A DNA stretch of 64,000 nucleotides, from assembly GCA_046484125.1 (NCBI GenBank), contig JAWOBX010000043.1, positions 3,047 through 67,046 of the forward strand. The letters are read 5' to 3'. The notes beneath the pieces are model-generated. The model was given only the letters and a program-made list of their open reading frames with translations, was not told the DNA's origin and ran no database searches. Within the stretch, counting starts at the first letter, position 1; every line of letters begins with the position of its first letter. This document shows positions 29,202-39,699 of this stretch, piece by piece. The DNA is from Dehalococcoidia bacterium. GTDB taxonomy: Bacteria > Chloroflexota > Dehalococcoidia > SZUA-161 > SpSt-899. Both the position numbers and the translations under genes were made by a program.

Positions 29202-29609
29202 TCAATTTCTATCCGCGATCGCCTTCATAACGTACTCGACGATTTCAGATGTGGGTGTTCCCGGCCCGAAGATCTCGTTGACCCCGATTTTCCTCATTTG
29301 CTGATGGTCATCCTCGGGAATGATACCACCGGCTATGACCATGACATCAGTCAGGCCTCTCTTGTTAAGCTCTTCCATGATCAATGGGAATAGCTCGGTG
29401 TGAGCGCCGGAAAGAATGCTGAGACCCACTACATCAACATCTTCTTGCATGGCGGATTCGGCGATCATCTCCGGCGTCTGTCTTATGCCGGTGTAGATCA
29501 CTTCCATCCCCGCGTCCCTGAAGGCGCGGGCTACTACCTTGGCTCCTCTATCATGGCCATCAAGGCCCGGTTTGGCAACAAGAACTCTGACAGTGGGTTT
29601 ATCAGCCAT
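29202..29609 (-). CDS. Methylmalonyl-CoA mutase B12-binding domain protein (stand-alone)
   Basis: It has the DxHxxG B12-binding motif ([12 protein letters not shown]) and is 135 aa. No large subunit is present in the window. Confidence 0.8.
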   Translation of the reverse strand: MADKPTVRVLVAKPGLDGHDRGAKVVARAFRDAGMEVIYTGIRQTPEMIAESAMQEDVDVVGLSILSGAHTELFPLIMEELNKRGLTDVMVIAGGIIPEDDHQQMRKIGVNEIFGPGTPTSEIVEYVMKAIADRN

Positions 29610-29797
29610 TTATCAGATACTCCTTATGATGTCGTTTCGTCAGGTGTATTCCTATTGATTATCGCTATCGCTATTATCAGTTTCTTGAGAAACCTCTTAT
29701 ATCCCTCATTTGTGTCCCCAACACGGGTGGGATTGAAGATCCGGGTTATACCCCATTACATCTTAAGCCACTACTTACATTCCAGGAGCTACCGCAA

Positions 29798-30202
29798 TCA
29801 TTCCCGGGTTTTCTGAGCCAGCTCAATGAGGACTCCGTTGACTGACTTTGGATGAATGAATCCGATTTTACCGGCCAGGCCTTTCCTGCCCTGTTTATCG
29901 ATAAGCTTTGCCCCTTTGGCTTCAAGGCGTGTCAGCTCTTCGTCGGTGTCATCAACTTCAATACAGATGTGATGAATGCCTTCCCCTTTATTTTCGATAA
30001 ATTTGGCGACTCCGCTTTCCGGATCGACCGGTTCAATTAATTCTAACTCAGTATCTCCGATATGAATCATAGCCGCCTTGACTCCCTGATCCGGAACCTC
30101 CTCGATTTTGGAGGGCTTTAGGCCGAAAAGGTTTTCGAAAGTACTCACGGCACTATCGAGGTTTTTTACTGCAACGGCGACGTGGTCAATCCTTTTGAGC
30201 AT
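29798..30202 (-). CDS. Methylmalonyl-CoA epimerase (VOC superfamily)
   Basis: MLKRIDHVAVAV…HICIEVDD is present. The start was set at the internal ATG with an AGGAGG RBS; the upstream 94 codons of the track ORF are non-homologous. Confidence 0.8.
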   Translation of the reverse strand: MLKRIDHVAVAVKNLDSAVSTFENLFGLKPSKIEEVPDQGVKAAMIHIGDTELELIEPVDPESGVAKFIENKGEGIHHICIEVDDTDEELTRLEAKGAKLIDKQGRKGLAGKIGFIHPKSVNGVLIELAQKTRE

Positions 30203-30585
30203 ATAATCCTCCTGTCTGTCATGTAAGGGGAGTAGATTAAAATAGGTGCACTCAAGGCTGAATATACAATAATTGCGCAATGGTGTCAATTTTGTCACAA
30301 TCCGTTTAGATACCGAAAAACAGCGCTCAAAGGCAAATGCGTCCACACTTCGAGTGAGTAATTGTGCCGTGGCTGGAGGCTTTCTATATTTGAGGAAATT
30401 TACACGGGGCGTAACAACTCCTCGTCCAGGGGAACCAAAAGCTGAGAGGGTGAAAACATGCATCAGAATAAAAGCTGTTTTCAACGTTGCCTGCTATATT
30501 TCCCACACAAAATATCGATGTGATACAATAGCTACATAAATATGGCGCCGCCGAGGAAAACATCTTTGATGATGGTGTTAAAAGT

Positions 30586-31398
30586 ATGAAGAACGTTGTT
30601 TTACACAGGAGTCCAAGGGTAAAAAAGCCCGTCATGCTGGCTGTATGGCCCGGAGTAAGCGACGTTGCTCTGGAAGTAGGCAACTATCTGCTGGACAGGC
30701 TGGATGCCGCGGAGTTCGCCGAGATCGAGCCGTTGAACTTTTTTACCCCGGTCGGGATAACGGTTCATGATAACGTATTACAGGCACCTGTTTTCCCTGA
30801 GAACAAGTTCTACCTGATAAAAAGACCGGAAGCCAAAAATGATTTAATAATATTCTACGCGGAGGCTCAGCCGGATCAAAATCACTACGATCTGGCAAAG
30901 GTTGTTCTGGACGTGGCGGAGAGGTTCAGGGTGAAGCGGATATATACTTGTGCCGCTGCCCTGGTACAGCACAACGTCGAGAAGTCGCGAGTTCTGGCGG
31001 CGGCTACGGATGCGAAGCTGATTGAAGAAGTGAAAAAGTACGATGTTTCACTGGTGGGTGAATTTCAGATCAGGGGTCTTAACGGATTACTGCTTGGGGC
31101 TGCCAGGGAGAGGGGTATTGAGGGAATTTGCATTCTTGGAGAAACGGCGCAATATGCAGCGGAGCTTCCCAATCCCATTGCCGCCAGTGCCATTCTCAAA
31201 ACACTTACACGGATTTTTAATCTGCAAATAGATCTCTCTGAAATAGAGAGAGATGCCAGGCAGATGGCAGAGGAGATTAAAACGCTATCCCAGGAATTCA
31301 TGGCGAAATACATCAGCCATTTTACTCAGCCCATTTGGGAACGTAATCCGCGAAACGAATATGAAGATGATGATGAAGACGATGATGAAGATGAATAG
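30586..31398 (+). CDS. PAC2-family (proteasome-assembly-chaperone-like) protein with a poly-acidic C-terminal tail
   Basis: The overall pattern resembles PAC2/COG1938 proteins; this assignment is tentative. The C-terminus is EYEDDDEDDDEDE. Confidence 0.4.
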   Translation: MKNVVLHRSPRVKKPVMLAVWPGVSDVALEVGNYLLDRLDAAEFAEIEPLNFFTPVGITVHDNVLQAPVFPENKFYLIKRPEAKNDLIIFYAEAQPDQNHYDLAKVVLDVAERFRVKRIYTCAAALVQHNVEKSRVLAAATDAKLIEEVKKYDVSLVGEFQIRGLNGLLLGAARERGIEGICILGETAQYAAELPNPIAASAILKTLTRIFNLQIDLSEIERDARQMAEEIKTLSQEFMAKYISHFTQPIWERNPRNEYEDDDEDDDEDE

Positions 31399-31424
31399 GT
31401 GGGATGTAAAAGAGGAGGTGGAGA

Positions 31425-32825
31425 ATGGCCAGATCGCCGGGCGGGCCCGGAACTGAGTTTTCATGGGAAGAGATATGGGAAAGACTAACCGGTAAATACT
31501 CCACTTCAGGCAAGAAACCATTCAGAAAAGGGCCTGTCCTTGGGGCGTTGGCAGGAATAGCAATTGCCATATGGTTACTAACTGGAATATACACGGTTAG
31601 CCCCGGCGAAGTGGCGGTGGTTAAACGGTTCGGAAGCCATATTAGAACCGATGGGCCGGGACTTCACTATCACTTAAGAGGAATCGAATCGTATAATCGG
31701 GTAAACCAGGAGCAAATTCGCACTGCCGAAATTGGTTTTCGAACTGTGAGCAGTGATGAGTTCCGGATAATCCAACCGGAAGCTCGTGTCCTGACCAGTG
31801 ATGAGAATATTGTTGAGGTTCAGTTAGTAGTCCAGTACAGGGTAAGTGATGCGGATGATTACGTGTTCAACGTGATTGACCCTGAGACAGCTCTTCATGA
31901 TGCCGCTGAGGTGGCGATGAGGAGCGTGGTTGGGGATCATACGATAGACTACGTCATGATCGAAGGAAGAGGTGTGTGGCCGTCAGAGGCAATGACTTAC
32001 CTTCAGCAATTGCTCGATGATTATGGTTCAGGGTTGCTGGTTACCAACCTGAAACTGCAATACGCGGGACCGCCAGATGATGTCAGGGATGCATTCGATG
32101 AGGTGCAGGCGGCAAGGGAGGACAAACAGACGTTAATAAGACAGGCTGAGGGTTATGCGGCTGACATTGTTCCAAGGGCGCGGGGTGAGGCGCAGAAAAT
32201 CGTGCTGCAGGCAAACGCTTATAAAGAGCAAAGGGTTCTGAAGGCGGAGGGCGACGCCGCGAAATTCCTTTCGGTTTTAAAGGCACACGAAGTTACCGCG
32301 GCCTTCCAGGCTCTGGCCGGGGGTGGAATTACCGAAGCCGAAGAGGCACTCTCCCAAGTCGGGATATTTGAGGTAACCTCTGGCGATATGTCGACTGATA
32401 TAGCGGTTGAAGAGATTATCGAGGAGGTTATAAAGGAAGGGACTGAGAACGGGGTGAGCATAGAGGTGGATGAGGTTTCGACTATGACCAGGGATAACCT
32501 GTATTTAATCATGAAGGATCTCGGTGTTACCGACGGCATATCAGAGGCAGCCGAATTGACGGGGAAGAAGCTTATCTCCGCTCTGGATAAGTTGAATCTG
32601 GCCGAGGAGTATCAGGAAGCTTACGACGAAGCGATCAAGTTGACAAAGGAAAGGTTGTACCTCGAAACCATGCAGGAGGTGTTGCCGGCAACCGAGAAAT
32701 ACATACTTGATTCCAGTACCACCGGCAGCATCCTGCCCTTCCTGCCTCTCGGTGAAATGGTCAATATACCGGAGCTGAACAGCGTTGCCAGCGGAACAGG
32801 GCAGGCATCGGAGGGGCGGCAATGA
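31425..32825 (+). CDS. hflK: SPFH/band-7 protein HflK with an extended acidic C-terminal region
   Basis: It has an N-terminal TM helix then an SPFH domain (…VSPGEVAVVKRFG…). The RBS is AGAGGAGG. The C-terminal extension is about 170 aa. Confidence 0.8.
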   Translation: MARSPGGPGTEFSWEEIWERLTGKYSTSGKKPFRKGPVLGALAGIAIAIWLLTGIYTVSPGEVAVVKRFGSHIRTDGPGLHYHLRGIESYNRVNQEQIRTAEIGFRTVSSDEFRIIQPEARVLTSDENIVEVQLVVQYRVSDADDYVFNVIDPETALHDAAEVAMRSVVGDHTIDYVMIEGRGVWPSEAMTYLQQLLDDYGSGLLVTNLKLQYAGPPDDVRDAFDEVQAAREDKQTLIRQAEGYAADIVPRARGEAQKIVLQANAYKEQRVLKAEGDAAKFLSVLKAHEVTAAFQALAGGGITEAEEALSQVGIFEVTSGDMSTDIAVEEIIEEVIKEGTENGVSIEVDEVSTMTRDNLYLIMKDLGVTDGISEAAELTGKKLISALDKLNLAEEYQEAYDEAIKLTKERLYLETMQEVLPATEKYILDSSTTGSILPFLPLGEMVNIPELNSVASGTGQASEGRQ

Positions 32826-33691
32826 AAAAGATAGCAGTCATCGCGGCCGTTGCGATATTCCTTCTCGTGGTCCTTTTCCAGAGCTTCTATACGGTCGATG
32901 AGACGGAGCAGGTAATAATTTTACAGATGGGTGAGTATAAGAAAACCGTGGATAAGCCCGGTCTTCATGCAAAGTTACCTTTCGTTCAGACCCCGAAAAG
33001 CCTTGACAAGAGGGTCATTAAGAGCGACGCTCCGTCGACAGGCTATTTGACGCTGGATAAAAAGAACGTGGAAATCGATCACCTCACCAGATGGAGAATC
33101 ACCGAACCAGTTACTTTCTATAAAAGCATAGGGAGTGAGGAACAAAAGGCGCATCAGAGAATAAACGCGGTCGTTGTTTCTGAGCTCAGGGATGAGCTCG
33201 CCTCGTTCGACCTGGTAGACATAATCTCTATACATCGAGAGGCGATTATGGACGAGGTGACCGAGCGCACCGCACAGAAGGTAATTGAGTTTGGGGTTGA
33301 CGTGATCGATGTCAGAATAAAGCGGACGGAATTACCTGAGAACGTAGAGGATAATGTATTCGCGCGGATGAGGGCGGAACGTGAGAGAGAGGCTAAAAAG
33401 TACAGGGCTGAGGGTGAAGAGCTGGCCCTGGAAACGGAGGCCGAAGCTGACAGGCAGGCCACCGTAATAATGGCCCAGGCTTACAGGCATGAGCAATCGC
33501 TGAAAGGGCAGGGGGATGGCATGGCTGCTTCGGTGTACGCTGCCGCTTATGAGCAGGCACCATCTTTTTACAGCTTGATGCGGGCTCTCGAAGTCTACAC
33601 CGCTATAATGGATGAGCAGACAACCCTGGTGCTCAGCACGCAGTCTGATTTACTGAAATATCTTACGGATATTGAACCGGAAGAGGAATAG
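32822..33691 (+). CDS. hflC: SPFH/band-7 protein HflC
   Basis: An N-terminal TM helix, an SPFH domain and a coiled coil are present. The ATGA start/stop overlaps hflK. Confidence 0.8.
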   Translation: MKKIAVIAAVAIFLLVVLFQSFYTVDETEQVIILQMGEYKKTVDKPGLHAKLPFVQTPKSLDKRVIKSDAPSTGYLTLDKKNVEIDHLTRWRITEPVTFYKSIGSEEQKAHQRINAVVVSELRDELASFDLVDIISIHREAIMDEVTERTAQKVIEFGVDVIDVRIKRTELPENVEDNVFARMRAEREREAKKYRAEGEELALETEAEADRQATVIMAQAYRHEQSLKGQGDGMAASVYAAAYEQAPSFYSLMRALEVYTAIMDEQTTLVLSTQSDLLKYLTDIEPEEE

Positions 33692-33711
33692 GGGCCCGTC
33701 GCGATGTGCTC

Positions 33712-34557
33712 CTACTTCACTTTTATCTGCAGGTAAAGGTCTCCTGGCTGGAGGCCGGATTTACCCATACCTGTCAGCCTGATCTTTTTACCGGGCGACA
33801 TACCTGGCGGGATTATGACCTCGATTGTTTTGGTTCCTTTGCCACTGTTGTAACGAATACGTTTGGAGCATCCCAGTTTCACCTCATCAGCGCTGATCTC
33901 GACGGTCTTGTATATATCCTCACCCTTCGATGGCATATCGAGGTCGATGCCGAAGGCCTTCTTCAAGGTGAATTTGCCAAGCTTCCGTACGGCTTTTGCC
34001 AGCAACCTTTCGGCGAAATTCGGTTTTCGCACTGTTACTTGAGCGCCGGTAGAGCCGGGACGCCCTTGCGCTCTCCCGGCATTACGGCTGGAAAAATCGG
34101 GCTTTTTCGCGCCACCAGTACTACTGCCGGTCCGGTAAAAGCGTGCTTCGCCGTAAGAGTATTTACCTGAAAACAGGTCGCTGAACAAATCATCGTCAAA
34201 GCGGAGGCCCATATGGCCGAACATGCGCTCCAGGTCGGCAAATAACTGCCTCGCCAAGTCAGGGTCGACATACGCCTCATTGAAGGAATAAGCTCCGGCA
34301 CGGCCATATCGGTTTCCAAAACCGAAGCCGGTTTGAGAATAATCCCCTCGGATAAAGGCGTCGTACTCCTGCCTGTGCTTCGGATCGCAGAGGACGCTGT
34401 AAGCCTCGTTTATCTGTTTGAACTTCTCAGACGCTTCACTCTCATTTCCGGGGTTGCGGTCCGGATGATGCTTAAAGGCAAGCTTCCTGAAGGAACTGCG
34501 AATTTCCTCCGCGCTGGCGTCACGGCTGACTCCCAGTATATCGTAATAATCTCTCAT
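33712..34557 (-). CDS. J-domain protein (DnaJ-like, no Zn-finger repeat)
   Basis: The N-terminal J domain carries HPD (YYDILGV…KHHPDRN) and the C-terminus resembles a DnaJ CTD-like beta domain. Confidence 0.75.
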   Translation of the reverse strand: MRDYYDILGVSRDASAEEIRSSFRKLAFKHHPDRNPGNESEASEKFKQINEAYSVLCDPKHRQEYDAFIRGDYSQTGFGFGNRYGRAGAYSFNEAYVDPDLARQLFADLERMFGHMGLRFDDDLFSDLFSGKYSYGEARFYRTGSSTGGAKKPDFSSRNAGRAQGRPGSTGAQVTVRKPNFAERLLAKAVRKLGKFTLKKAFGIDLDMPSKGEDIYKTVEISADEVKLGCSKRIRYNSGKGTKTIEVIIPPGMSPGKKIRLTGMGKSGLQPGDLYLQIKVK

Positions 34558-34559
34558 TT

Positions 34560-36254
34560 TTAGGATTCCTCTTCACGCAGCCGGTTGACGATGTAACGTA
34601 TCTCCTGCGAATCCAAACCGAAGCGATGAAGCGTATGGCGAACAATTTCAAGTCCGGCCTCTACATCCGGATGAACCAGTTGGGCGGCGCCCATTTCCTT
34701 CAGCGTGATTCTGGCTTCTTCCCCGTGCACACGAGCCAGTATATCAAGTCTGTGGTTAATCTCAAGCGCGTTCCTTATCACCAGGCTGGCCGACATAAGG
34801 TCGGGGAATGCTATAACGAGGATCCGAGCCTTCTCGAGTCTGGCCGCCGCCAGAACCTCAGGCTGGCTGGCGTCACCGAAGATGCAGGGGGTCCCCTTCT
34901 TGCGAGCTTCGCCTATCACCAGCGGATCGATGTCAATTATCACGTATGAAAATCCGCGTTGCTGAAGGACTATCCCCAGTTTTCTCGCTGTGTCACCATA
35001 TCCGCAGATAACCACATGATTAGAAAGCTTCCCGTCTCCATGGGCCGATTCCTGATCCTCTTCACCGGTTAAAAGCGGGACGACTCTCTTGCCGCTCGTC
35101 ATCCGATAATAGCTCCATGAAGTCAGCCCTATGGCAAAGGGCGTCAATAATATTGTGATAAAAGCGACACTTAGTGTCAAAGAATAAAGCTCGTTGGAGA
35201 TCAGGGATTCTTCCAGGGCAAGGGCGGCCAGAATGAAACTGAACTCACCTATCTGGAACAGCCCACTGCCGACAAACAAATTGGTTTTGGCGGTATTGCC
35301 GAAAGCCCGGGGGACAATAGCCGAGATGAGGAACTTGCCGACGACAACCACCGAAACAGCTATACCGACTTTCTCAGGGTTTTCCAGTATAAATTCAGGA
35401 TCTGCCAGCATGCCCAGAGAGGCGAAGAAAAGTACCGCGAATATATCGCGAAGGGGGCGTATATCAGCCATTGTCTGGTATGAGAATTCCGATTCGCTCA
35501 CGAGTAGACCGGCCAGGAACGCGCCGAGCGCTATTGAAAGTCCGAACTGGTCTGCTGCGTAGCTGGCTCCGAAAATCAGCGACACAACAGCAATGAGGAA
35601 CAGCTCCCGCGAGCGCCCTCCGGCGACTGTTTTCATGAACCAGGGAAAGCCCCACAAACCCAGAACAACGGTGACTCCGAGAAATACTATCGCTTTAAGA
35701 ATTGCCCATCCAACCCCCTCCATTAGTTCCGAGCCGCTACTGCCCAGAGCAGGGAGTATGGCCATCATGGGTACTACGCTGAGGTCCTGAACAAGAAGTA
35801 TTCCCGTCATTATCTTGCCGTGGGGGCTGCCGAGCTCACCTCGGTCCATAAGGGATTTCAGCACGATAATGGTGCTGCTTAATGAGATGAAGAAGGCAAA
35901 TATAACTGCTTCATTGGAAGGATAATGGAGCCCCCACGCCAGTAAGTATCCAATTATTCCAGTACCGATTATCTGCAGGATGCCACCGCCGGTGGCTACC
36001 AGACCGATTTTTTTCAGCGTGCGGAAGGAAAACTCGATACCAAGGGTGAACATCAGGAACACAACCCCGATGGTGGCCAGAGTTTCAACCTCTTCAGTAT
36101 CGGCAACCAGTCCTGTGACGTTGGGACCGATAATGATCCCGGTGAGAAGATAGCCGAGGATTACAGGCAGTTTCAGGCGCTGGGCGATTATCCCGCCAAC
36201 GAGGGCGATGCCCAGAACGACCGCCATGCTGGTGATGAGTGAAATATCTTCCAT
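34560..36254 (-). CDS. Monovalent cation:proton antiporter-2 (Kef-type) with a C-terminal RCK/TrkA-N domain
   Basis: A multi-TM Na_H exchanger core is followed by a Rossmann GxGxxG ([14 protein letters not shown]). The start was trimmed to MEDISLITS because the ORF-track extension runs into a repeat element. Confidence 0.8.
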   Translation of the reverse strand: MEDISLITSMAVVLGIALVGGIIAQRLKLPVILGYLLTGIIIGPNVTGLVADTEEVETLATIGVVFLMFTLGIEFSFRTLKKIGLVATGGGILQIIGTGIIGYLLAWGLHYPSNEAVIFAFFISLSSTIIVLKSLMDRGELGSPHGKIMTGILLVQDLSVVPMMAILPALGSSGSELMEGVGWAILKAIVFLGVTVVLGLWGFPWFMKTVAGGRSRELFLIAVVSLIFGASYAADQFGLSIALGAFLAGLLVSESEFSYQTMADIRPLRDIFAVLFFASLGMLADPEFILENPEKVGIAVSVVVVGKFLISAIVPRAFGNTAKTNLFVGSGLFQIGEFSFILAALALEESLISNELYSLTLSVAFITILLTPFAIGLTSWSYYRMTSGKRVVPLLTGEEDQESAHGDGKLSNHVVICGYGDTARKLGIVLQQRGFSYVIIDIDPLVIGEARKKGTPCIFGDASQPEVLAAARLEKARILVIAFPDLMSASLVIRNALEINHRLDILARVHGEEARITLKEMGAAQLVHPDVEAGLEIVRHTLHRFGLDSQEIRYIVNRLREEES

Positions 36255-36404
36255 TTTTTTAAATTGTCTGCTCAAATTATAAGATATCTGCACTCTATAA
36301 GTACAGTGAAGCATGTCCCAAAAAACAGCGATTGGAACCTTCGTGGGGTTGCCTCCTGTCAATCTCCGTTTCCCGTCTCCGGATGGCCTTACTGTAAAAA
36401 GGTG

Positions 36405-36500
36405 CAGGAGATGACTCCTGCCGGGGGTTTTGGGGGTGGCCCCCAACACAAACTTCCCCCAAGATTGGGGGATCAAAGGGGGTTGATTTGAGGTTTTTTG
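36405..36500 (+). repeat. GC-hairpin intergenic repeat, copy E
   Basis: …GATGACTCCTGCCGGGGGTTTTGGGGGTGGCCCCCAACACAAACTTCCCCCAAGATTGGGGGATCAAAGGGGGTTGATTTGAGG… has the same two-hairpin architecture as copies A, B and D. Confidence 0.45.
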
Positions 36501-36568
36501 CAGGAACACCAGTTACTATTGGCAGTGTTAATTGACCATAACTGATCCGGATTGCTATAATTCCAGCG

Positions 36569-37408
36569 ATGATAGTTGACTTCCACACTCATATTGTCCC
36601 TCCTCAGATGAAAGAGCGGCGCGATGAATTGATACACCAGGATACCTGCCTGGGTGCCCTGTATGCCGATCCGAGAGTAAGTATGGCAACGGCGGATGAG
36701 CTTATCGAGAGCATGGATCGTGATGGAATTGATATATCGGTGGCGGTAAATATGGGGTGGTCGAGCCTTGAGCTTTGCAGGCGAACCAATGATTATATCA
36801 TCGAATCGACTAGCAAGTATCGGGGAAGGATACTTGGATTCTGCATGGTCAATCCAAAATGGAAAGAGGCCGCGGCCGAGATTGAGCGATGCGCCTCCGG
36901 TGGCATTCTTGGTATTGGCGAACTTATGCCTCATCTCCAGGAATTTGATATTGGAGACAGGGATGTGATGGAACCGGTTATGGAGACGGCCCGCGCCAGA
37001 AACTTGATGGTTATGACCCATTCGTCGGAGCCGGTGGGACATGTTTATGCCGGCAAGGGCGATGTTGTGCCGGGCGCGCTCTACAGGCTGATCGATGGTT
37101 TTCAGGATATCAGGATCGTGTGTGCTCATTGGGGTGGGGGGTTACCCTTTTACGCGTTAATGCCGGAGGTTGAGAGGGCGATGCAGAACGTATATTTCGA
37201 TACGGCGGCCTCACCCTTCCTCTATAAGTATCAGATTTTCCAGCATGTTTCCGAGATATTCGGGGATGAAAAAATACTTTTTGGAAGCGACTTTCCCCTG
37301 ATCACCCAGCGGAGAATAATCGAAGGCCTGGATAAAGTCCATCTGGACCCCGATGGAAAGCGGCGAATTCTGGGTGAGAACGCGTGCAGACTACTTGGTA
37401 TATCCTGA
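36569..37408 (+). CDS. Amidohydrolase-2 family TIM-barrel metal-dependent hydrolase
   Basis: The N-terminus HTH (MIVDFHTHIVP), HxH and a distal His/Asp are present. The product is 279 aa. Confidence 0.7.
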   Translation: MIVDFHTHIVPPQMKERRDELIHQDTCLGALYADPRVSMATADELIESMDRDGIDISVAVNMGWSSLELCRRTNDYIIESTSKYRGRILGFCMVNPKWKEAAAEIERCASGGILGIGELMPHLQEFDIGDRDVMEPVMETARARNLMVMTHSSEPVGHVYAGKGDVVPGALYRLIDGFQDIRIVCAHWGGGLPFYALMPEVERAMQNVYFDTAASPFLYKYQIFQHVSEIFGDEKILFGSDFPLITQRRIIEGLDKVHLDPDGKRRILGENACRLLGIS

Positions 37409-37992
37409 TGGCTGAAATACGTTCTTTCATAGCAATTGATATACCGGACGAGGTCAAAAGCGAGATGGCGCGCTTGATTGACGCGATTAGACCGGGAAGG
37501 GAAAAGGATGTGAAGTGGGTGGATCCGAAGAACAGCCACTTGACGCTGAAATTCCTGGGCAATATCCAGGAGGACCTGATTGTAGAGTTAATAACGGTGC
37601 TGCAACACAGCGCACGCGATGTTAAACCTTTCCATCTGGAGCTGGCTGGATTGGGGGCTTTTCCCGGCCTGAAATCCCCACGTGTTGCCTGGGTTGGTGT
37701 CGGAGGTGATCTGGATGAGCTGAAAAGGCTGCAAAAGGGGATCGAGGTAAATCTGATGCCACTGGGCTTCAGTGAAGAACGGAAGGCGTTTTCCGCACAT
37801 ATTACGCTGGGAAGAACACGTGATAGAATAACTTCCAGCGGGCGTGCTGAGTTAGGCGAAGCTATATCGAAAGCAGGTTACCAGCGCGGTGTGCCGTTTA
37901 CAATCGACAGCTTCGGTCTTTTCAAAAGTACCCTCACTAAAACAGGGCCGATATATGAAAAAATGGGAACAATTGTCCTTGACACAGGATGA
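37408..37992 (+). CDS. thpR: RNA 2',3'-cyclic phosphodiesterase (2H/LigT family)
   Basis: Two HxT/S motifs are present (HLTLKFLG and HITLGR). The TGATG start/stop overlaps the upstream gene. Confidence 0.75.
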   Translation: MAEIRSFIAIDIPDEVKSEMARLIDAIRPGREKDVKWVDPKNSHLTLKFLGNIQEDLIVELITVLQHSARDVKPFHLELAGLGAFPGLKSPRVAWVGVGGDLDELKRLQKGIEVNLMPLGFSEERKAFSAHITLGRTRDRITSSGRAELGEAISKAGYQRGVPFTIDSFGLFKSTLTKTGPIYEKMGTIVLDTG

Positions 37993-38074
37993 AAAATGGT
38001 GATAAATTATTTTTAGCAGTCTTGATAATAGAGTGCTAAGGTATTTTCCATAACGAGTTAGAGGTGAAATAGAG

Positions 38075-38359
38075 ATGCCGATATACGAGTACAGATGTAC
38101 TGCCTGTGAATCGTGTTTCGAGATGAAACAGAGTTTTGATGCCGAACCGGTATGCAGTTGTCCGAAGTGCAATAGTGAGGCCAGGCGGCAGTTCAGGCCG
38201 GCCCCGATAATATTCAAGGGAAGTGGTTTCTACGTAACAGATTACGCGCAGGGTTCCTCCGCCACACTCTCAGGCAAATCCGAGGAGACGAAATCGGAGC
38301 CTGTTGTTTCGGCGGCAAAGGAAGCCAAGACGGAGACACAAGCTACGCCGGACGAATAA
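38075..38359 (+). CDS. FmdB-family zinc-ribbon protein
   Basis: MPIYEYRCTAC…CPKC fits the FmdB family. Confidence 0.7.
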   Translation: MPIYEYRCTACESCFEMKQSFDAEPVCSCPKCNSEARRQFRPAPIIFKGSGFYVTDYAQGSSATLSGKSEETKSEPVVSAAKEAKTETQATPDE

Positions 38360-38823
38360 TGGAAGCCTTGATACAGCGCGTTTCTAAAGCCTCGGTCGAA
38401 GTAGAAGGTAGTTTGATAGGAAGAATTGGACCGGGGCTTTTGCTTTTTATTGGGGTAGGAAGTAACGATACAATTGAAGACGTTCGCTACATCGCGGATA
38501 AGGTTACCGGATTGCGTATATTTTCCGACAAAGAGGGGAAATTCAACCTGTCTGTTCTTGATACAGGTGGCGAGGTTCTGGTTGTCAGTCAGTTTACCTT
38601 ACTGGCGGACACCAGAAAGGGCCGCCGCCCTGGTTTCACCAGTGCCGCGCCCCCGGAGCTGGCGGAGAGCCTGATAGACACATTAACAGGCTTGATACGT
38701 GATAATGGTGTGAGAGTTGAGACAGGTAAATTTCAGGCTCACATGATGCTCGAGATACACAATGACGGCCCTGTTACCATTCCCATACACAGCTCAGATC
38801 GATTAAGACCCCGAAAGACCTGA
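38359..38823 (+). CDS. dtd: D-aminoacyl-tRNA deacylase
   Basis: SQFTL and NDGPVT motifs are present and the protein aligns along its whole length with E. coli Dtd. Confidence 0.85.
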   Translation: MEALIQRVSKASVEVEGSLIGRIGPGLLLFIGVGSNDTIEDVRYIADKVTGLRIFSDKEGKFNLSVLDTGGEVLVVSQFTLLADTRKGRRPGFTSAAPPELAESLIDTLTGLIRDNGVRVETGKFQAHMMLEIHNDGPVTIPIHSSDRLRPRKT

Positions 38824-38847
38824 AAGTCATAAGGAATCTTTTGAGGC

Positions 38848-38945
38848 AGGTGGTGACTCCGGGGGTCTGGGGGTGCCTCCAGATTCAAATTCCCCTGTGT
38901 TTGGGTAATTAAAAGGGGTTGATCGGGGTTACCATAAGCAAAATA
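38848..38945 (+). repeat. GC-hairpin intergenic repeat, copy A
   Basis: GGTGGTGACTCCGGGGGTCTGGGGGTGCCTCCAGATTCAAATTCCCCTGTGTTTGGGTAATTAAAAGGGGTTGATCGGGG… lies about 110 nt upstream of fur. Confidence 0.5.
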
Positions 38946-39049
38946 TTCCGCTCCATACTTTTCATCAGCACAGTTTGAACATAATGGTGTAGTGTGATAA
39001 TATTGCTAATGGTAATCATTTGCAATATTATGGTTAAGGGATACTTAAA

Positions 39050-39460
39050 ATGACGTCCAGACTTTCAGGACATCGCATGACCACACAGAGAAGATTGCTG
39101 CTCGATCTGATTCGTGATTCGGGGGAGCACCTGGACGCTGATGATCTATACAGGCGTGCGAAGGAAAAGGACGCCAGAATAAGCCTCTCTACCGTTTACC
39201 GAAATCTGAGCCTTTTGAAGGAACTGGGGGTGGTGGTGGAGAGGAGCCTGGGAGAGGATCACCATTACTACGAAGTCAATACTGAACCCGAACATCATCA
39301 TCTGGTGTGCCTTGGTTGCGGTGAGATTTTTGAATTTTCCTCTACATTAACAGAACAAATGAAATCATCTGTGGAGAAAGCGAGCCGCTTCGAGATCACC
39401 AGGGTAGAGATTAACATGCAGGGCTACTGCCCGGACTGCCAGGAGAAGTATCGGCAATGA
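39050..39460 (+). CDS. fur: Fur-family transcriptional regulator
   Basis: A winged helix is followed by HHHLVCLGCG…CPDC metal sites. Confidence 0.8.
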   Translation: MTSRLSGHRMTTQRRLLLDLIRDSGEHLDADDLYRRAKEKDARISLSTVYRNLSLLKELGVVVERSLGEDHHYYEVNTEPEHHHLVCLGCGEIFEFSSTLTEQMKSSVEKASRFEITRVEINMQGYCPDCQEKYRQ

Positions 39461-39699
39461 CCAGGAAGAAGCAAAGCACGATAGCCCGGATGAAAACCGG
39501 CCAGAGCGGAGTGGTGATTGAGGTAGGCCCGGGACTTGGAATGAGAAGACTGGAGGTCATGGGATTGCGTCCGGGGAAGAGGGTGACCAAGATAAGCGGC
39601 ATGTTCGCCCGAGGCCCGGTCGTGGTTCAGGTTGATGGCTTCCGCTTGGCACTGGGATTCGGCATGGCCAAGAAGATAATGGTCGAGGTGGAAATATAA
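39457..39699 (+). CDS. feoA: Ferrous iron transport protein A
   Basis: It is a small SH3-like FeoA (…GQSGVVIEV…LGLRPGKRV…). A 4-nt overlap with the fur stop indicates translational coupling. Confidence 0.7.
   Translation: MTRKKQSTIARMKTGQSGVVIEVGPGLGMRRLEVMGLRPGKRVTKISGMFARGPVVVQVDGFRLALGFGMAKKIMVEVEI

Noticed and set aside
29640-29680. TATCGC/TATTATC iterations between the mutase B12-domain gene and the epimerase gene
   Set aside because: The pattern is short and imperfect and sits inside an operon spacer. I could not support a binding-site interpretation.
31345-31400. GATGATGAAGACGATGATGAAGATGAA nucleotide repeat
   Set aside because: It is the coding sequence for the poly-Asp/Glu tail of the PAC2-like protein, not an intergenic repeat or CRISPR-like array. 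No CRISPR array was found anywhere in the window.
36473-37129. 218-aa minus-strand ORF and the 5' extension of the Kef antiporter ORF (36255-36509)
   Set aside because: The first is antisense to the well-supported amidohydrolase. The Kef extension runs through the GC-hairpin repeat copy E and has no homology; the internal start MEDISL fits the family N-terminus.
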